Source of the DNA: Vermamoeba vermiformis
Lineage: Eukaryota
Length of the DNA: 64,000 nucleotides
Direction: 5' to 3'
Assembly (NCBI GenBank): GCA_045837725.1
Contig: JBEWZL010000136.1
Location: forward strand, 1-64,000
In this document: positions 21,635 through 31,145 of the stretch, piece after piece
Layout: the number at the start of each line of letters is the position of its first letter
Numbering within the stretch: the first letter of the stretch is position 1
The notes under the pieces: generated by a model
The model's database searches: none
Told to the model about the DNA's origin: nothing
The model's input: the letters and a program-made list of their open reading frames with translations, nothing else
Program-made: the position numbers and the translations under genes

Positions 21635-22132
21635 TTATGACTTTAGGCTACTTTGCTCGTTGTTAGCCGCTTCCAAGGCAATCAAACTTTTTCTAATATT
21701 TTTCGACTCGGCAAGCATTTCGCCAAACACTTTAATAAACTCCAATAAACAATCATTATCATGAAATACGAGGCAACCATTATCATTTTTTTCCGATTTT
21801 ATTGACAAAGTCCGTAAAATTCGTGCCCTAGTGTCATCGACTTCAATTGTTAAAGGCCCACAACTACGCATGAATTGCCCCTTATTTATTGCCTTATTGG
21901 TCATAATTTGTTCGGCGTCTTTGGTAAGTTCATGCAACTTCGTCAATGCTTGTAGTAATTCGTCTGCACTTTTCAGGCTACTCTCGGGTCCAAAATCAAT
22001 TCGTAAAGTAAGTCTAGAGCCACCAATAGTGCGATGTTGCACTAAAATATGGTCTTCTTTAATACTCGTTGTCAAACGAATTTCATAATTTAATTGCGTA
22101 ATATTTTCGCGTGATTGAGTAATCGAATGCAT
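21635..22132 (-). CDS. Viral hypothetical protein (165 aa)
   Basis: Intact ATG ORF. Confidence 0.6.
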   Translation of the reverse strand: MHSITQSRENITQLNYEIRLTTSIKEDHILVQHRTIGGSRLTLRIDFGPESSLKSADELLQALTKLHELTKDAEQIMTNKAINKGQFMRSCGPLTIEVDDTRARILRTLSIKSEKNDNGCLVFHDNDCLLEFIKVFGEMLAESKNIRKSLIALEAANNEQSSLKS

Positions 22133-22175
22133 ATTGATTTATAATATTAAAAAATAAATTTTTAATTCGACAAAA

Positions 22176-22781
22176 TTAAATATCAAAATAATTATCTGGA
22201 ATTGCTAGGCAATCTGTATATTCATCTACAGCAACGCCATCGTAATACATTAAGACAATTATAGTCTGCCTATTTGGCAACGAAATTAATGTTGCAAAGT
22301 CATAACCATGTGTAAATTTACTTATAATCTCTTGCTGTTCCGCGTTAGGTTTGTTTTTTCCCCTAAAGTTAATTATAATATGGTAAACGCTATCGTTCGT
22401 TTCAGGAAAGTAGAGCTGGCGCTGGTAAACATGGGCCTTGAAGTATTTACAAACAGTCCTCAATAGTTCAACGTTAATGGCCGAGCAAATATAATGCACC
22501 CTTGGGCGATAGATAGGAGCTGATGGCGTCTGACCTAAGTATTTAGTCTTATATTGGAGTGTTTCCCTCTCGAATCTTTCCATGTCGATACGCAACTCAA
22601 AGCATTCACTACAAATGCCGTCATTTAATATTCTAATTTCACCGCAGCAATCGCACACAAAGTATTTGCTAATTTCGTGCTTTATGTCGTCGATTATGTC
22701 GAGCTTTGAAATGATTATCGCGGCCATTGTGCTGTAAGTAGTAGTATTAAAAAATAATGTCTTGGGCCTAATAGACAACAT
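22176..22781 (-). CDS. F-box-like/Zn-finger paralogue 2 (probable start at the internal MAAIIISKLD)
   Basis: IISKLDIIDDIKHEISKYFVCDCC...CSEC. Confidence 0.7.
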   Translation of the reverse strand: MLSIRPKTLFFNTTTYSTMAAIIISKLDIIDDIKHEISKYFVCDCCGEIRILNDGICSECFELRIDMERFERETLQYKTKYLGQTPSAPIYRPRVHYICSAINVELLRTVCKYFKAHVYQRQLYFPETNDSVYHIIINFRGKNKPNAEQQEIISKFTHGYDFATLISLPNRQTIIVLMYYDGVAVDEYTDCLAIPDNYFDI

Positions 22782-23045
22782 TTAGTAGCATTCAACGACC
22801 TCGTAAATCATGCGCTTGTACGCGGCATTAGTGGACTTGATATGTCGCGACTTGACCGCTACTTCAATTACATCACGCACCACACTAGGGTCCGACGCGG
22901 CAACGCCTAGCACGATGTTATGGTCGAGCTTCAGGTGCTTACAAAGTGCGTTGATGGCCGCGTTAAACTCTGCCTTAGTAGGTGCGTAGTATTTGGCGCT
23001 AATAGCGAGCTTGACGTAAGCATTGAAGTGATCTTGCAATGACAT
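22782..23045 (-). CDS. Viral hypothetical protein (87 aa)
   Basis: ATG ORF abutting the next gene. Confidence 0.55.
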   Translation of the reverse strand: MSLQDHFNAYVKLAISAKYYAPTKAEFNAAINALCKHLKLDHNIVLGVAASDPSVVRDVIEVAVKSRHIKSTNAAYKRMIYEVVECY

Positions 23046-23162
23046 TATGTAAGTGTATGTATGCTATAATGCGTTATAGTAGCTTATATATACCTAGATC
23101 GGCCTAGTATTTATATCAAAATTAAAAAACGAAAATTACTTTTTATAATCTAGATTATTAAT

Positions 23163-23253
23163 AGGCCCATCTCAGGTGGCGGGACGGCGACGTTAAAAAT
23201 CCTATACTTATAACTATCAAAATTTCCACATCGCCGTCGCGCCACATCAGTCA
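23163..23253 (-). repeat. Palindromic intergenic element, copy 3 (inverted, near-identical to copy 1)
   Basis: Reverse complement matches 12849-12939 with 2 mismatches by eye. Confidence 0.92.
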
Positions 23254-23286
23254 AACTACTTAAAAAATACGAAATAACTTTTTTAA

Positions 23287-23802
23287 TTACTCGCAAAGGT
23301 GCCTAAACATCGCGGGCGTTTGGTCGAATAACAAAGGCGCACAGGCCTCGAATAAAAGCGCCACTATTGCGTACTTTAGGTCGTTGTAGTCATTGATCAG
23401 GTCCTGTACGTAGTCTACGTAAAAGCCCCATACGCGAAACCAAACAAGGTAATGTCGCAACTTTTGACTAATTGCGCGTACAAACTCATTAAATATATCT
23501 CTACTTAGTGATACATGCGATGCATAGTCGTAGACTTCTCTTGGATACGCGCGGTGCATTTGTATCAGACCTGGTAGCAACCTAATGCGGCCCAAATGCA
23601 ACCACAGGCCGTGGTTTAGGCCCAATTCGCGGCACACAGATGCCCAATAAGGCACCCAATGAAACCTACAATCGCTACAGACCCACTTTCTTCCAATGTA
23701 CCTCAAACCCGCGACACGCCCGCACGATTCGCACTTGAAATATGCCTTTATCAGGTATTTCACGTCATCGATGATATCTAGCTTATCAATTATGATCTCC
23801 AT
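23287..23802 (-). CDS. F-box-like/Zn-finger paralogue 3
   Basis: MEIIIDKLDIIDDVKYLIKAYFKCESC...CSDC; also shares WFR(I/V)W with 14216-14776. Confidence 0.7.
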   Translation of the reverse strand: MEIIIDKLDIIDDVKYLIKAYFKCESCGRVAGLRYIGRKWVCSDCRFHWVPYWASVCRELGLNHGLWLHLGRIRLLPGLIQMHRAYPREVYDYASHVSLSRDIFNEFVRAISQKLRHYLVWFRVWGFYVDYVQDLINDYNDLKYAIVALLFEACAPLLFDQTPAMFRHLCE

Positions 23803-23906
23803 TTAATTAATCAAACTTAAAAATTAAATTTAAATATTTTATTTTAAATTAAATATCTATGCGGTTTATATAACTATACTTAAACATTAGGATACACACG
23901 CGTAAA

Positions 23907-24098
23907 ATGGATATCCCAAATGCGCCTATTCGCCAACGTAAAGCAAAGGAATACGCACGTCCCCACTGCCCTGTATGCAACATTAGACACACCTACAAAA
24001 ACTCTAATGTATGTAGTTTGTGCCGACAGCGACTCAATATTGGTCGTAAACATTTGGAGGCCGCCAATGATTATGAGCGCTTCAGACATTTATTGTAA
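23907..24098 (+). CDS. Small viral zinc-finger protein
   Basis: CPVC...CSLC in a 63-aa ORF. Confidence 0.55.
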   Translation: MDIPNAPIRQRKAKEYARPHCPVCNIRHTYKNSNVCSLCRQRLNIGRKHLEAANDYERFRHLL

Positions 24099-24206
24099 GT
24101 ACTGTTAAAAAAATATAACTGTGTTAATGTAATAACTATTGTAGGTTAACCCAATTAACGTCGTAAACATCGTTAAATTTTATGTGATAGATATTTTTTT
24201 GGCCTT

Positions 24207-24377
24207 TTACTTACGTTTGCGATCCTTTTTTAGTTTCGCCCCGCGCTTGTGTCTTGCCTTTAGTTTCGCTGCATTGGCCTTAGCAACGACCTTACTGTGG
24301 CCCTTTGGGTAATGTCGGTAATGGCCGTCTACCGTGTAGGTAGGTACCCAATACTTAGTCCTTAGGTTTGTTGGCAT
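24207..24377 (-). CDS. Small basic protein (56 aa), absent from the ORF track
   Basis: Manual translation: MPTNLRTKYWVPTYTVDGHYRHYPKGHSKVVAKANAAKLKARHKRGAKLKKDRKRK*. Confidence 0.6.
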   Translation of the reverse strand: MPTNLRTKYWVPTYTVDGHYRHYPKGHSKVVAKANAAKLKARHKRGAKLKKDRKRK

Positions 24378-24398
24378 TGTATATTTAATGTAGTAAAT

Positions 24399-24686
24399 TT
24401 AATTAGGTAAATACGCCCACATGATCAGGGCCAATCCGCGCCTTGAATAGGTCCCTGTTGCGGCATTGTACAGTACCTCACGATTGGCCCTAGCTTGCGC
24501 AAGGTGCCGTGCAACAAACGCATCACGTTTGCGGCGCCAGTCGCTCGATAGGCGCGTGTAGGATCCATTGGCGCGTCTATAGGCCGCGAGAAAGCCCCGT
24601 TTGGACCTCGCAACGGTACTGACCCCGCGTCTCTTGGCCTCAGGCACGTACTTTTCAATCTCAGATAATTTCATATACTGGTACAT
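24399..24686 (-). CDS. Arg-rich viral protein (95 aa)
   Basis: WRRKRDAFVARHLAQ...LALIMWAYLP; part of a co-oriented block. Confidence 0.65.
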   Translation of the reverse strand: MYQYMKLSEIEKYVPEAKRRGVSTVARSKRGFLAAYRRANGSYTRLSSDWRRKRDAFVARHLAQARANREVLYNAATGTYSRRGLALIMWAYLPN

Positions 24687-24704
24687 TGCTATATGATATA
24701 ACGA

Positions 24705-24938
24705 CTAATTTTTTGTATTATTAAACACAGGCGATGGAAGAAGTATTCCCGCGACGGTGCTTAGCACAGGCAATCCAATTCCAACATTACCAGTCGCGCA
24801 CAAGAAAATACCTATGCCTACGATAGATAAGCTCGCAATGGCCGCCGTAGACTGCGGTAAGATTGCCTTTATAATATCAATTGTCGTATTACTTTTTGGC
24901 GCTTCTTGTTCGGGCGACTGCTGGTTTTGCTGCGACAT
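24705..24938 (-). CDS. Small two-TM viral membrane protein
   Basis: Two hydrophobic segments in 77 aa. Confidence 0.6.
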   Translation of the reverse strand: MSQQNQQSPEQEAPKSNTTIDIIKAILPQSTAAIASLSIVGIGIFLCATGNVGIGLPVLSTVAGILLPSPVFNNTKN

Positions 24939-27511
24939 TTTCTAGTCTTTCAATACGCTGGATTAAATCATTCACTATATTTTCAAGTGCCATATTTTTG
25001 TCTTGTAATTGTTTAATCAACTGCTTTTGGTGCTTTATTATTCCGAAGCTGATAAATGCAATTTCGTCGCCTGATACGGTCTGTATCGGGTCATCGGGAT
25101 TTTCAATAGTCTTCGGGTGAGTAGGTGAGGTGCGTATATTACCCAATTGGTGCTTCGTGTATAATGCATTCACCTCCTGTGCAATCATACCAAGCTTGAT
25201 ATCACTGGCATCTTCGTCGTCTTTGTAGTTGAAGTTAACCACCTGTACGGTGTCTATGTCGTCGTAAATATCGGCGATTGGGAGCTGTCTACGAATATTC
25301 TTGAGCCTAATATCAGAAATCGTATTCCAGGTCGTTGTAGTTAATTGAAGGCCTTGACTACCGGCTGCATTGGTTGAAAGATAATATCCCCCGGACATAC
25401 GCCCATAAAATGTCTTCTTTTGATTCGAAATTCAATTTGGGATTGAATTACCGTGTTTGCTAACACGCCCATCTTTCGCATGGGGATTGGACTATATCTT
25501 AAGCAATATCTACCATTTCAATAGATATCACCAACATCCATTTAGTCTCTGGACGCGATTACGTATAGTTAACGTAATATTCGCTGCGGATTGCCCATTT
25601 GACGCCTAATAGCAATCTATCGTATAACTTTTTACAATAGTCCAAATCATGAATTTGAAATGTTTTACCTGTAATTAACAGGGACTGTGTATTATACGCT
25701 TTAGGGGTTTCCCGCAATTTGAATGTTTCGCGAATAAAAGTATTTATTCACTATCGGCTACTTTTATAGCCGATTTAACGAGCAAGACATAATTTACTCG
25801 TTCCGCACGACACTGCTGTGGCGCTACTATCGCTGACACAGAAGCAATTGGAAAATGATGTCGAGCAATATGATCCAAAGATAAGAGTGCCGCCCGTATT
25901 GCCTGAAATGGTCGTATTTCCATTGCCGCTGCATAAAATCATGTTGGCCCCTGCGGTGGCCGTAATGCTGCCTCCGTTAGACGATATAATCGTAGAATTA
26001 TTGCCTCCTGAGATGCTTGCTGGGGTATTCGATGAAATAATGGAATTGGTGCCACCAGTGGACGTTATAGACCCCGAAGTTGACGCTATAATGGCCGAAT
26101 TGTCCGCACCAGACCCTAATGTGTTGCCACTGCCAACTACAATGGCGCGATCGACAGTTGAATTGATCGTGTTAGGTGTCGTGCCGCATACATCAATGCA
26201 CCTCATTTCACCTAGTCTATTGTTGTTGCACAGGATAAACTTAAAGTCAGAATCCAAGTTCAAGCTACCACCACCTTCACCATAGCAAGTGCCGACGTTG
26301 ATTTGACCACTCGATGCCGTATTGGATGAGTTCCTGACCTGTAAAACACCTGTAAGGGCCGATTTAAGTTGCGTTTGACCTAGCGTATTAATGGTCAATG
26401 TGCCCGTATTGATGGTGCCATCAGTACCCCCTACAGTGGTGCCTGAATTGATTGTACCGGCCATATTGATGACGGCCGAAGCCGGATTGATGTTAATATT
26501 ACCGGCGCTGGTAAGGTAATTGTTTGAGTAGACCGTCCCGGCCTGTACAGTACCGTCATTACCCCCGGCGGTAGATCCTACTTTGAATATACTACCTGTA
26601 GCGCCTGTAAGGTATGTGTTCGCGGCATTAACACCATCTCCAAGGACCAATGCGTCTGTATTACAGCTAAATCTTGGGTTATTATCACCAGATACTCTCA
26701 CGCTGAATTTAGTAAACCCTGCTACTGAATTAGGGAAAGTAATGGAATTCACTATTAGGTTAGCTGTATTACCACTCAGATCCTGAATTACAAGATATCC
26801 TGCACTTCCATTGACTAATTGTACGCCACCGGCCGCCGTAAGTTGCACATAGCCGACGTTCGTAAGACCTTTGTTGTTAAAAACGACATTGTTGCCGACT
26901 GGATTGATGTTTAAGTCGGCGCTATTGGTCGAAATAGTGTCGGTATAGGTCGTACCTAAGCGTAATGTTCCATTGGCCGATCCTAGTGCGGTGGTGGATA
27001 ATGTAAGATTACCTGCACCGGACCTGTACGCGAATGTATCTGCAACGTTATTGCCTGCTGACCATTGCATTGATCCGTCAGTTTTAATGGCCAATTTAGG
27101 GTTCACACCGGTAGTTGGATTGGTCGCGGTCAGGATACTAGTGGTGTTGCTACTGGACGACGTATTTATCGTTTTAAGGTCCAATGTGCCGCCCGTGATT
27201 GCCAATTCATTGGCCCCAACGCGTTGCAATCTGGTGTCCAATGCGTTAGTACCATCGCCAAAGTCAATGAATCCATCATACAACAGACTTAACCTATCGT
27301 TGGCGTCTCCAGTTATTTTAACACAGAATGCATCGGACCCACTAGACCCCACAAGAGGGCACAGTGAAGTTCCACTAGGGGGCTGTACAACTACATTGAT
27401 AGTGTTGTTGTTCGTTATACTACCCCCGCTAGGGTCAGTGTTGTCTATCCTTTTGTTGATATTTACAAAATCCATGAATTTATTATCAAGTATATTATAT
27501 TGCACAAACAA
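24889..27511 (-). CDS. Virion fibre/spike protein with C-terminal intramolecular chaperone (peptidase S74/ICA) domain; two exons (27511-25796 and 25416-24889), 747 aa after splicing
   Basis: G/N/T/S-rich beta repeats; SDIRLKNI...NFNYK...GMIAQEV plus coiled coil; junction ACG AGT|AAG ACA TTT TAT is in frame. Confidence 0.85.
25417..25795 (-). ncRNA. Group I self-splicing intron (379 nt, no internal ORF)
   Basis: P AAUUGCGGGAA (about 25709-25719), Q AAUCCGCAGC (25583-25592), R CAGAGACUAAA (25541-25551), S AAGAUAUAGUCC (25489-25500); P1 AACGAGU/GCUCGUU with U.G at the 5' splice site; P10 AUGUCUU/AAGACAU; terminal omega-G at 25417. Confidence 0.93.
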
Positions 27512-27636
27512 TGGTACTCGAAACTATCCTAATGTTAATTTTCATAGGCGGGGTCGTCGCCTACTTCGCAATGCTGAGGACCCAAAAGAAGCCTTCAAAG
27601 GGCCTAATCTCGCGTATAGACATGCTCTAAAAAAGG

Positions 27637-27720
27637 GGCCCAACTCAGGTGGCGGCACGGCGACGTAAGATTTACTATTTATATAACTATCAAAATATTC
27701 ATGTCGCCGTCCCACCACAT
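27637..27720 (-). repeat. Palindromic intergenic element, copy 4 (inverted)
   Basis: GGCCCAACTCAG-GTGGCGGCACGGCGAC...TATAACTATCAAAA...GTCGCCGTCCCACCAC between divergent fibre and capsid blocks. Confidence 0.88.
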
Positions 27721-27790
27721 TACTAGGGTAATTAATTTCGTTAATTTAAAAATTTAATACTACTTAATATAGTTCCTATTAAGCATACTA

Positions 27791-28132
27791 ATGGCCACAC
27801 TTAGGGAGTGTTATGATAAATTAATCGCAAAGTTCGTGGGCTTTGCTGCACAACTATTTCCCGATAATGAAGACATCAAAATGGCCTTGGCGCAACTTAC
27901 ATTGGCCCCTATGCTGATGGTTTGTTTCAACGTAAAGCAAAAGATTAAGCCTGAATGGATCGATGGTCAATTAAACCCAGCTGTCGCACTTAGTACTTTC
28001 AAAATCGACCTGAGTAAGTTGAAAGACGACGATTTGAAGCGCCTTAATGGATTCATTGAGGCACTTATCATGTTGTCTGACGAGGTAATTGGTGCCGCCA
28101 ACGAAACCATTTCAAAGGACAAACAGGCGTAA
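27791..28132 (+). CDS. Viral helical protein (113 aa) upstream of the MCP
   Basis: F...QLFPDNEDIK...LKDDDLKRLNGFIEALIML pattern recalls a small NCLDV protein family (not verified). Confidence 0.65.
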   Translation: MATLRECYDKLIAKFVGFAAQLFPDNEDIKMALAQLTLAPMLMVCFNVKQKIKPEWIDGQLNPAVALSTFKIDLSKLKDDDLKRLNGFIEALIMLSDEVIGAANETISKDKQA

Positions 28133-28210
28133 GGATAATGGTTTAATATAATATTTTATTTTTTTCGCGTGGATTTAATATAGATTATCTGACAAACCTA
28201 GTTTAACAAG

Positions 28211-29458
28211 ATGTCAACCACTAATTTTCTTACCCGTTTAGGTGATCGCCCGTCTTCATCTTTGAAGCTCATTAACGCAAACAATCCCGCGTACGAGACG
28301 ATCACTGTGAGGGACGCTGCTGGTCAAAATCAAGTCCTCCAAGCCGACCAAGCACGCTCTCATGTCTGCAATCAATACGACGTTGTGATCCCCGCGTTGA
28401 CCGTGCCTGCAGGCGTTCTTAACTCTGGCCGTGTTGATTTCCGTGTCCCCACCAACAATCTTAACTTCATCACCTCTGTGTCGCTCCAAATGACCATCTC
28501 CGAGACTGGAGGCGTGAATCCTATTACATTGTTGCCGGCACCCTTAATCATCGACTATATCCAGATCTACGCTGGAAACGGCCAGACCTTGATTGAGCAA
28601 CGCTATGGTGATGAATTGTGGCTCGATAACGCCTGGAGGACGTCTGAGCAAATGACATTGTTGGCCAACGCTGAAAACACCACAGCGACTTACGGTGCCG
28701 GTACTGCGATCAGTGCAAGCGGTTCTGCAACCTACTACGTCCCTATTGAGTGCCATTTGTCCCGATTGGAGTTGTTTGCCCCTGCTATTTCGTCTGACTA
28801 CTTATTCCGTGTTAACTTCCGATCCATCACCGCAATGACTGAGTCAGGTACTGGTACTCCCTCATTGGCGTCTGCTAACTTGATCTTCAAGTGCACTGAC
28901 TTGTCGCCTGCTGAGTGCAACAGATTGATGAATGAGTATCGTAGCTACAGACACACCTTCAGATATATTCAACCGGTCCGTCAGACCTACACCCAGGCCT
29001 TGGCCGCTTCGTCTGCTTATACCTTGCAACTCAACGGTGTCAACGGTATTGCTGCTTACTTCCAGGGTCTCGTCAGATCATCTAATACTGGTGCTGCTCT
29101 GCGCCAATCTGATCCTAACATATCTACACTCGATCTTCGCAACAACGCCGGTCAATCAATGATTGGAGGTCAGCCGTTGCCTTTCAACTACCTGCGATAT
29201 GTTAAGTCTGCCGAGTACTTCCCTAGTAGCATGTTGGTCAATATTCCTTTCCTTTGGTATTCGCACTCTGAAGACCCCAAGAAGGTCTGGGATATCAACG
29301 TTGTCGATGGCTTCAACGTGTACACCGGTCTTGAGCAATTATACATCACTACTGGCTCTGGCATCACTCCTGGTACGTTCTACATCGACTTGTACTTCAT
29401 GATGTACGGAATCATCGAGGTTAACACCGACGGTAGCGTATTCCAATACTCTTCTTAA
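28211..29458 (+). CDS. Major capsid protein (double jelly-roll)
   Basis: 415 aa, beta-rich; LIIDYIQIYAGNGQTLIEQRYGDELW and YYVPI resemble DJR MCP N-terminal motifs; next to the penton gene, with the ATPase gene nearby. Confidence 0.82.
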   Translation: MSTTNFLTRLGDRPSSSLKLINANNPAYETITVRDAAGQNQVLQADQARSHVCNQYDVVIPALTVPAGVLNSGRVDFRVPTNNLNFITSVSLQMTISETGGVNPITLLPAPLIIDYIQIYAGNGQTLIEQRYGDELWLDNAWRTSEQMTLLANAENTTATYGAGTAISASGSATYYVPIECHLSRLELFAPAISSDYLFRVNFRSITAMTESGTGTPSLASANLIFKCTDLSPAECNRLMNEYRSYRHTFRYIQPVRQTYTQALAASSAYTLQLNGVNGIAAYFQGLVRSSNTGAALRQSDPNISTLDLRNNAGQSMIGGQPLPFNYLRYVKSAEYFPSSMLVNIPFLWYSHSEDPKKVWDINVVDGFNVYTGLEQLYITTGSGITPGTFYIDLYFMMYGIIEVNTDGSVFQYSS

Positions 29459-29518
29459 GTAGCTAATGAAATAGCAAAAAATAAGGCCATTGGGCATTAT
29501 ACCCATTTTTTTGAATAA

Positions 29519-30265
29519 TTAATTAGGGCGCTCCTGCGTGATCTCGAGGGTCATCGTCCAGTTGGCGCCATTGAGGTCTACATCAGCATAGGTGCGCGAC
29601 TTGAGCATTACCGTGAAGGTCTTGAGATACACCCTGTTTGACAACTGAAGCTGTTGGAATTGCGTATTAATATTGAAATTTACATAATTAATGCTGTTTT
29701 GATCCATTGGTATTTCGAAAGTATAGCTAAGTCCATCAGTAGTCGCTAGGGGCGCTCCGAGCTCCTTTATAATAACATAAATGGGCGTAGGAATGCCTAA
29801 ATTGAATACATTGGTGCCTGTTTGGGATGTAGCGCTGCCTGTATCGGTCGTGCCGAATCCTAGCACTGCATTCATCGTGGACTGCGATAAATTAAGTACA
29901 AACGGATTAGTCCCTGCAATGGTCGTCTTGAGTGTTGTTGAGTCGAAAGTAATGGTAAATGCATTGGCGTACACCGCATTCATCGCCGCGGCCAGAGCTG
30001 CACTCAGTGTGGATGTTGTATAGGCCCCAGCGGCCAACGTTATTGTGTAAGTATTGCCCGCTGCTGTGAATACTAAAACATTGTTTGATGAGGTGATATT
30101 ATAAATGGTATTTGGGACCTGAGCATTCAATAGTCGCACACTAATAACACCGTCAAGGGCGTCTTGAATCGTGCATATAAAGTTGCTACTCGTGCCGCTG
30201 CTACGGTCGGCTGAGTTAATGACAACAGGTTTAATTTGCAATTGCTTTTTATCACTGCAACACAT
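29519..30265 (-). CDS. Minor capsid (penton-like single jelly-roll) protein
   Basis: INSADR...SSNF...VISVRLLNAQVPNTIYNI...DLNGANWTMTLEI, typical of PLV/NCLDV minor capsid proteins. Confidence 0.8.
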   Translation of the reverse strand: MCCSDKKQLQIKPVVINSADRSSGTSSNFICTIQDALDGVISVRLLNAQVPNTIYNITSSNNVLVFTAAGNTYTITLAAGAYTTSTLSAALAAAMNAVYANAFTITFDSTTLKTTIAGTNPFVLNLSQSTMNAVLGFGTTDTGSATSQTGTNVFNLGIPTPIYVIIKELGAPLATTDGLSYTFEIPMDQNSINYVNFNINTQFQQLQLSNRVYLKTFTVMLKSRTYADVDLNGANWTMTLEITQERPN

Positions 30266-30377
30266 CTTGAGATTTTATATTAAAGGCGCAAAAAAATACT
30301 CATACACATACATAATGTCTTCAAGCTTACTACACTCGACCATTACAAATCTTTAAATCGCGAAAGACTGTAGCACC

Positions 30378-30677
30378 TTAGATACTCCTTAGATCTCTTA
30401 TCAATGTGGACAGCACGATAGCACCGCCGATAATAAGGCCACCATATATGATCCAGTCGATATGCTCCGCAATTCCAATTACGTTTTGGCCAACACTGAC
30501 TGTCCTATCCGCTATAGTAGTGAGTGGGTCGTCGCCTAAAATCTCACCTTGTCGTTTGCAATAAACCCTTCCTGCGACTCCGAGCCACCTACAGGCCGCC
30601 GACACATCATAATTATAGCATTCGGGGATAAGATAACTCAATGGTCCAGTCGAGCAATAAATTGGTAAATCTGCCAT
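30378..30677 (-). CDS. Small Cys-containing viral membrane protein
   Basis: C-terminal TM WIIYGGLIIGGAIVLSTLI. Confidence 0.65.
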   Translation of the reverse strand: MADLPIYCSTGPLSYLIPECYNYDVSAACRWLGVAGRVYCKRQGEILGDDPLTTIADRTVSVGQNVIGIAEHIDWIIYGGLIIGGAIVLSTLIRDLRSI

Positions 30678-30727
30678 TCTTGAAAAACTAAATTAATCTA
30701 TATTATTAATGTTAATTTTTTGTACGA

Positions 30728-31090
30728 TTAAAACAGCATATCTCCGAGCATTACACCTAGTACTGTGCCTGCACCAGTGATGCCATTGAAGACGTAGCTA
30801 GTCGCTGTTTGGCCGATTGAGTTGGCGATTGGCCAATATATGGTCCTACCAAGGCCAATTTGAAGTGCATTGACGGTCGCTACAATGCCCAACATTTCGG
30901 CACTGCTCAATTGATCGCCGTTTGATGTCTTAACTAAAACATATGATGCCAAACCCATGATGCTACCGTTAACGCCCGCTGGAAGGGACTGATTGATTCC
31001 ACTGAGTGATTGGTACAATGGCGGATATGTGAGCGGCGAAACAAACTTGTCAGCCGCTGCTGCGATACCTCCCATCAAAATTAAATCCAT
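30728..31090 (-). CDS. Viral multi-pass membrane protein (paralogue of 12424-12783)
   Basis: Hydrophobic 120-aa ORF with similar N- and C-termini. Confidence 0.75.
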   Translation of the reverse strand: MDLILMGGIAAAADKFVSPLTYPPLYQSLSGINQSLPAGVNGSIMGLASYVLVKTSNGDQLSSAEMLGIVATVNALQIGLGRTIYWPIANSIGQTATSYVFNGITGAGTVLGVMLGDMLF

Positions 31091-31145
31091 GTTTTCTGGT
31101 TGTATATAATATTGTATCCAAACTATTTGATAAAATAATTATTTG

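Noticed and set aside
24889-27511. Fibre pseudogene broken into two ORFs
   Set aside because: The gap is a group I intron whose removal restores the frame exactly
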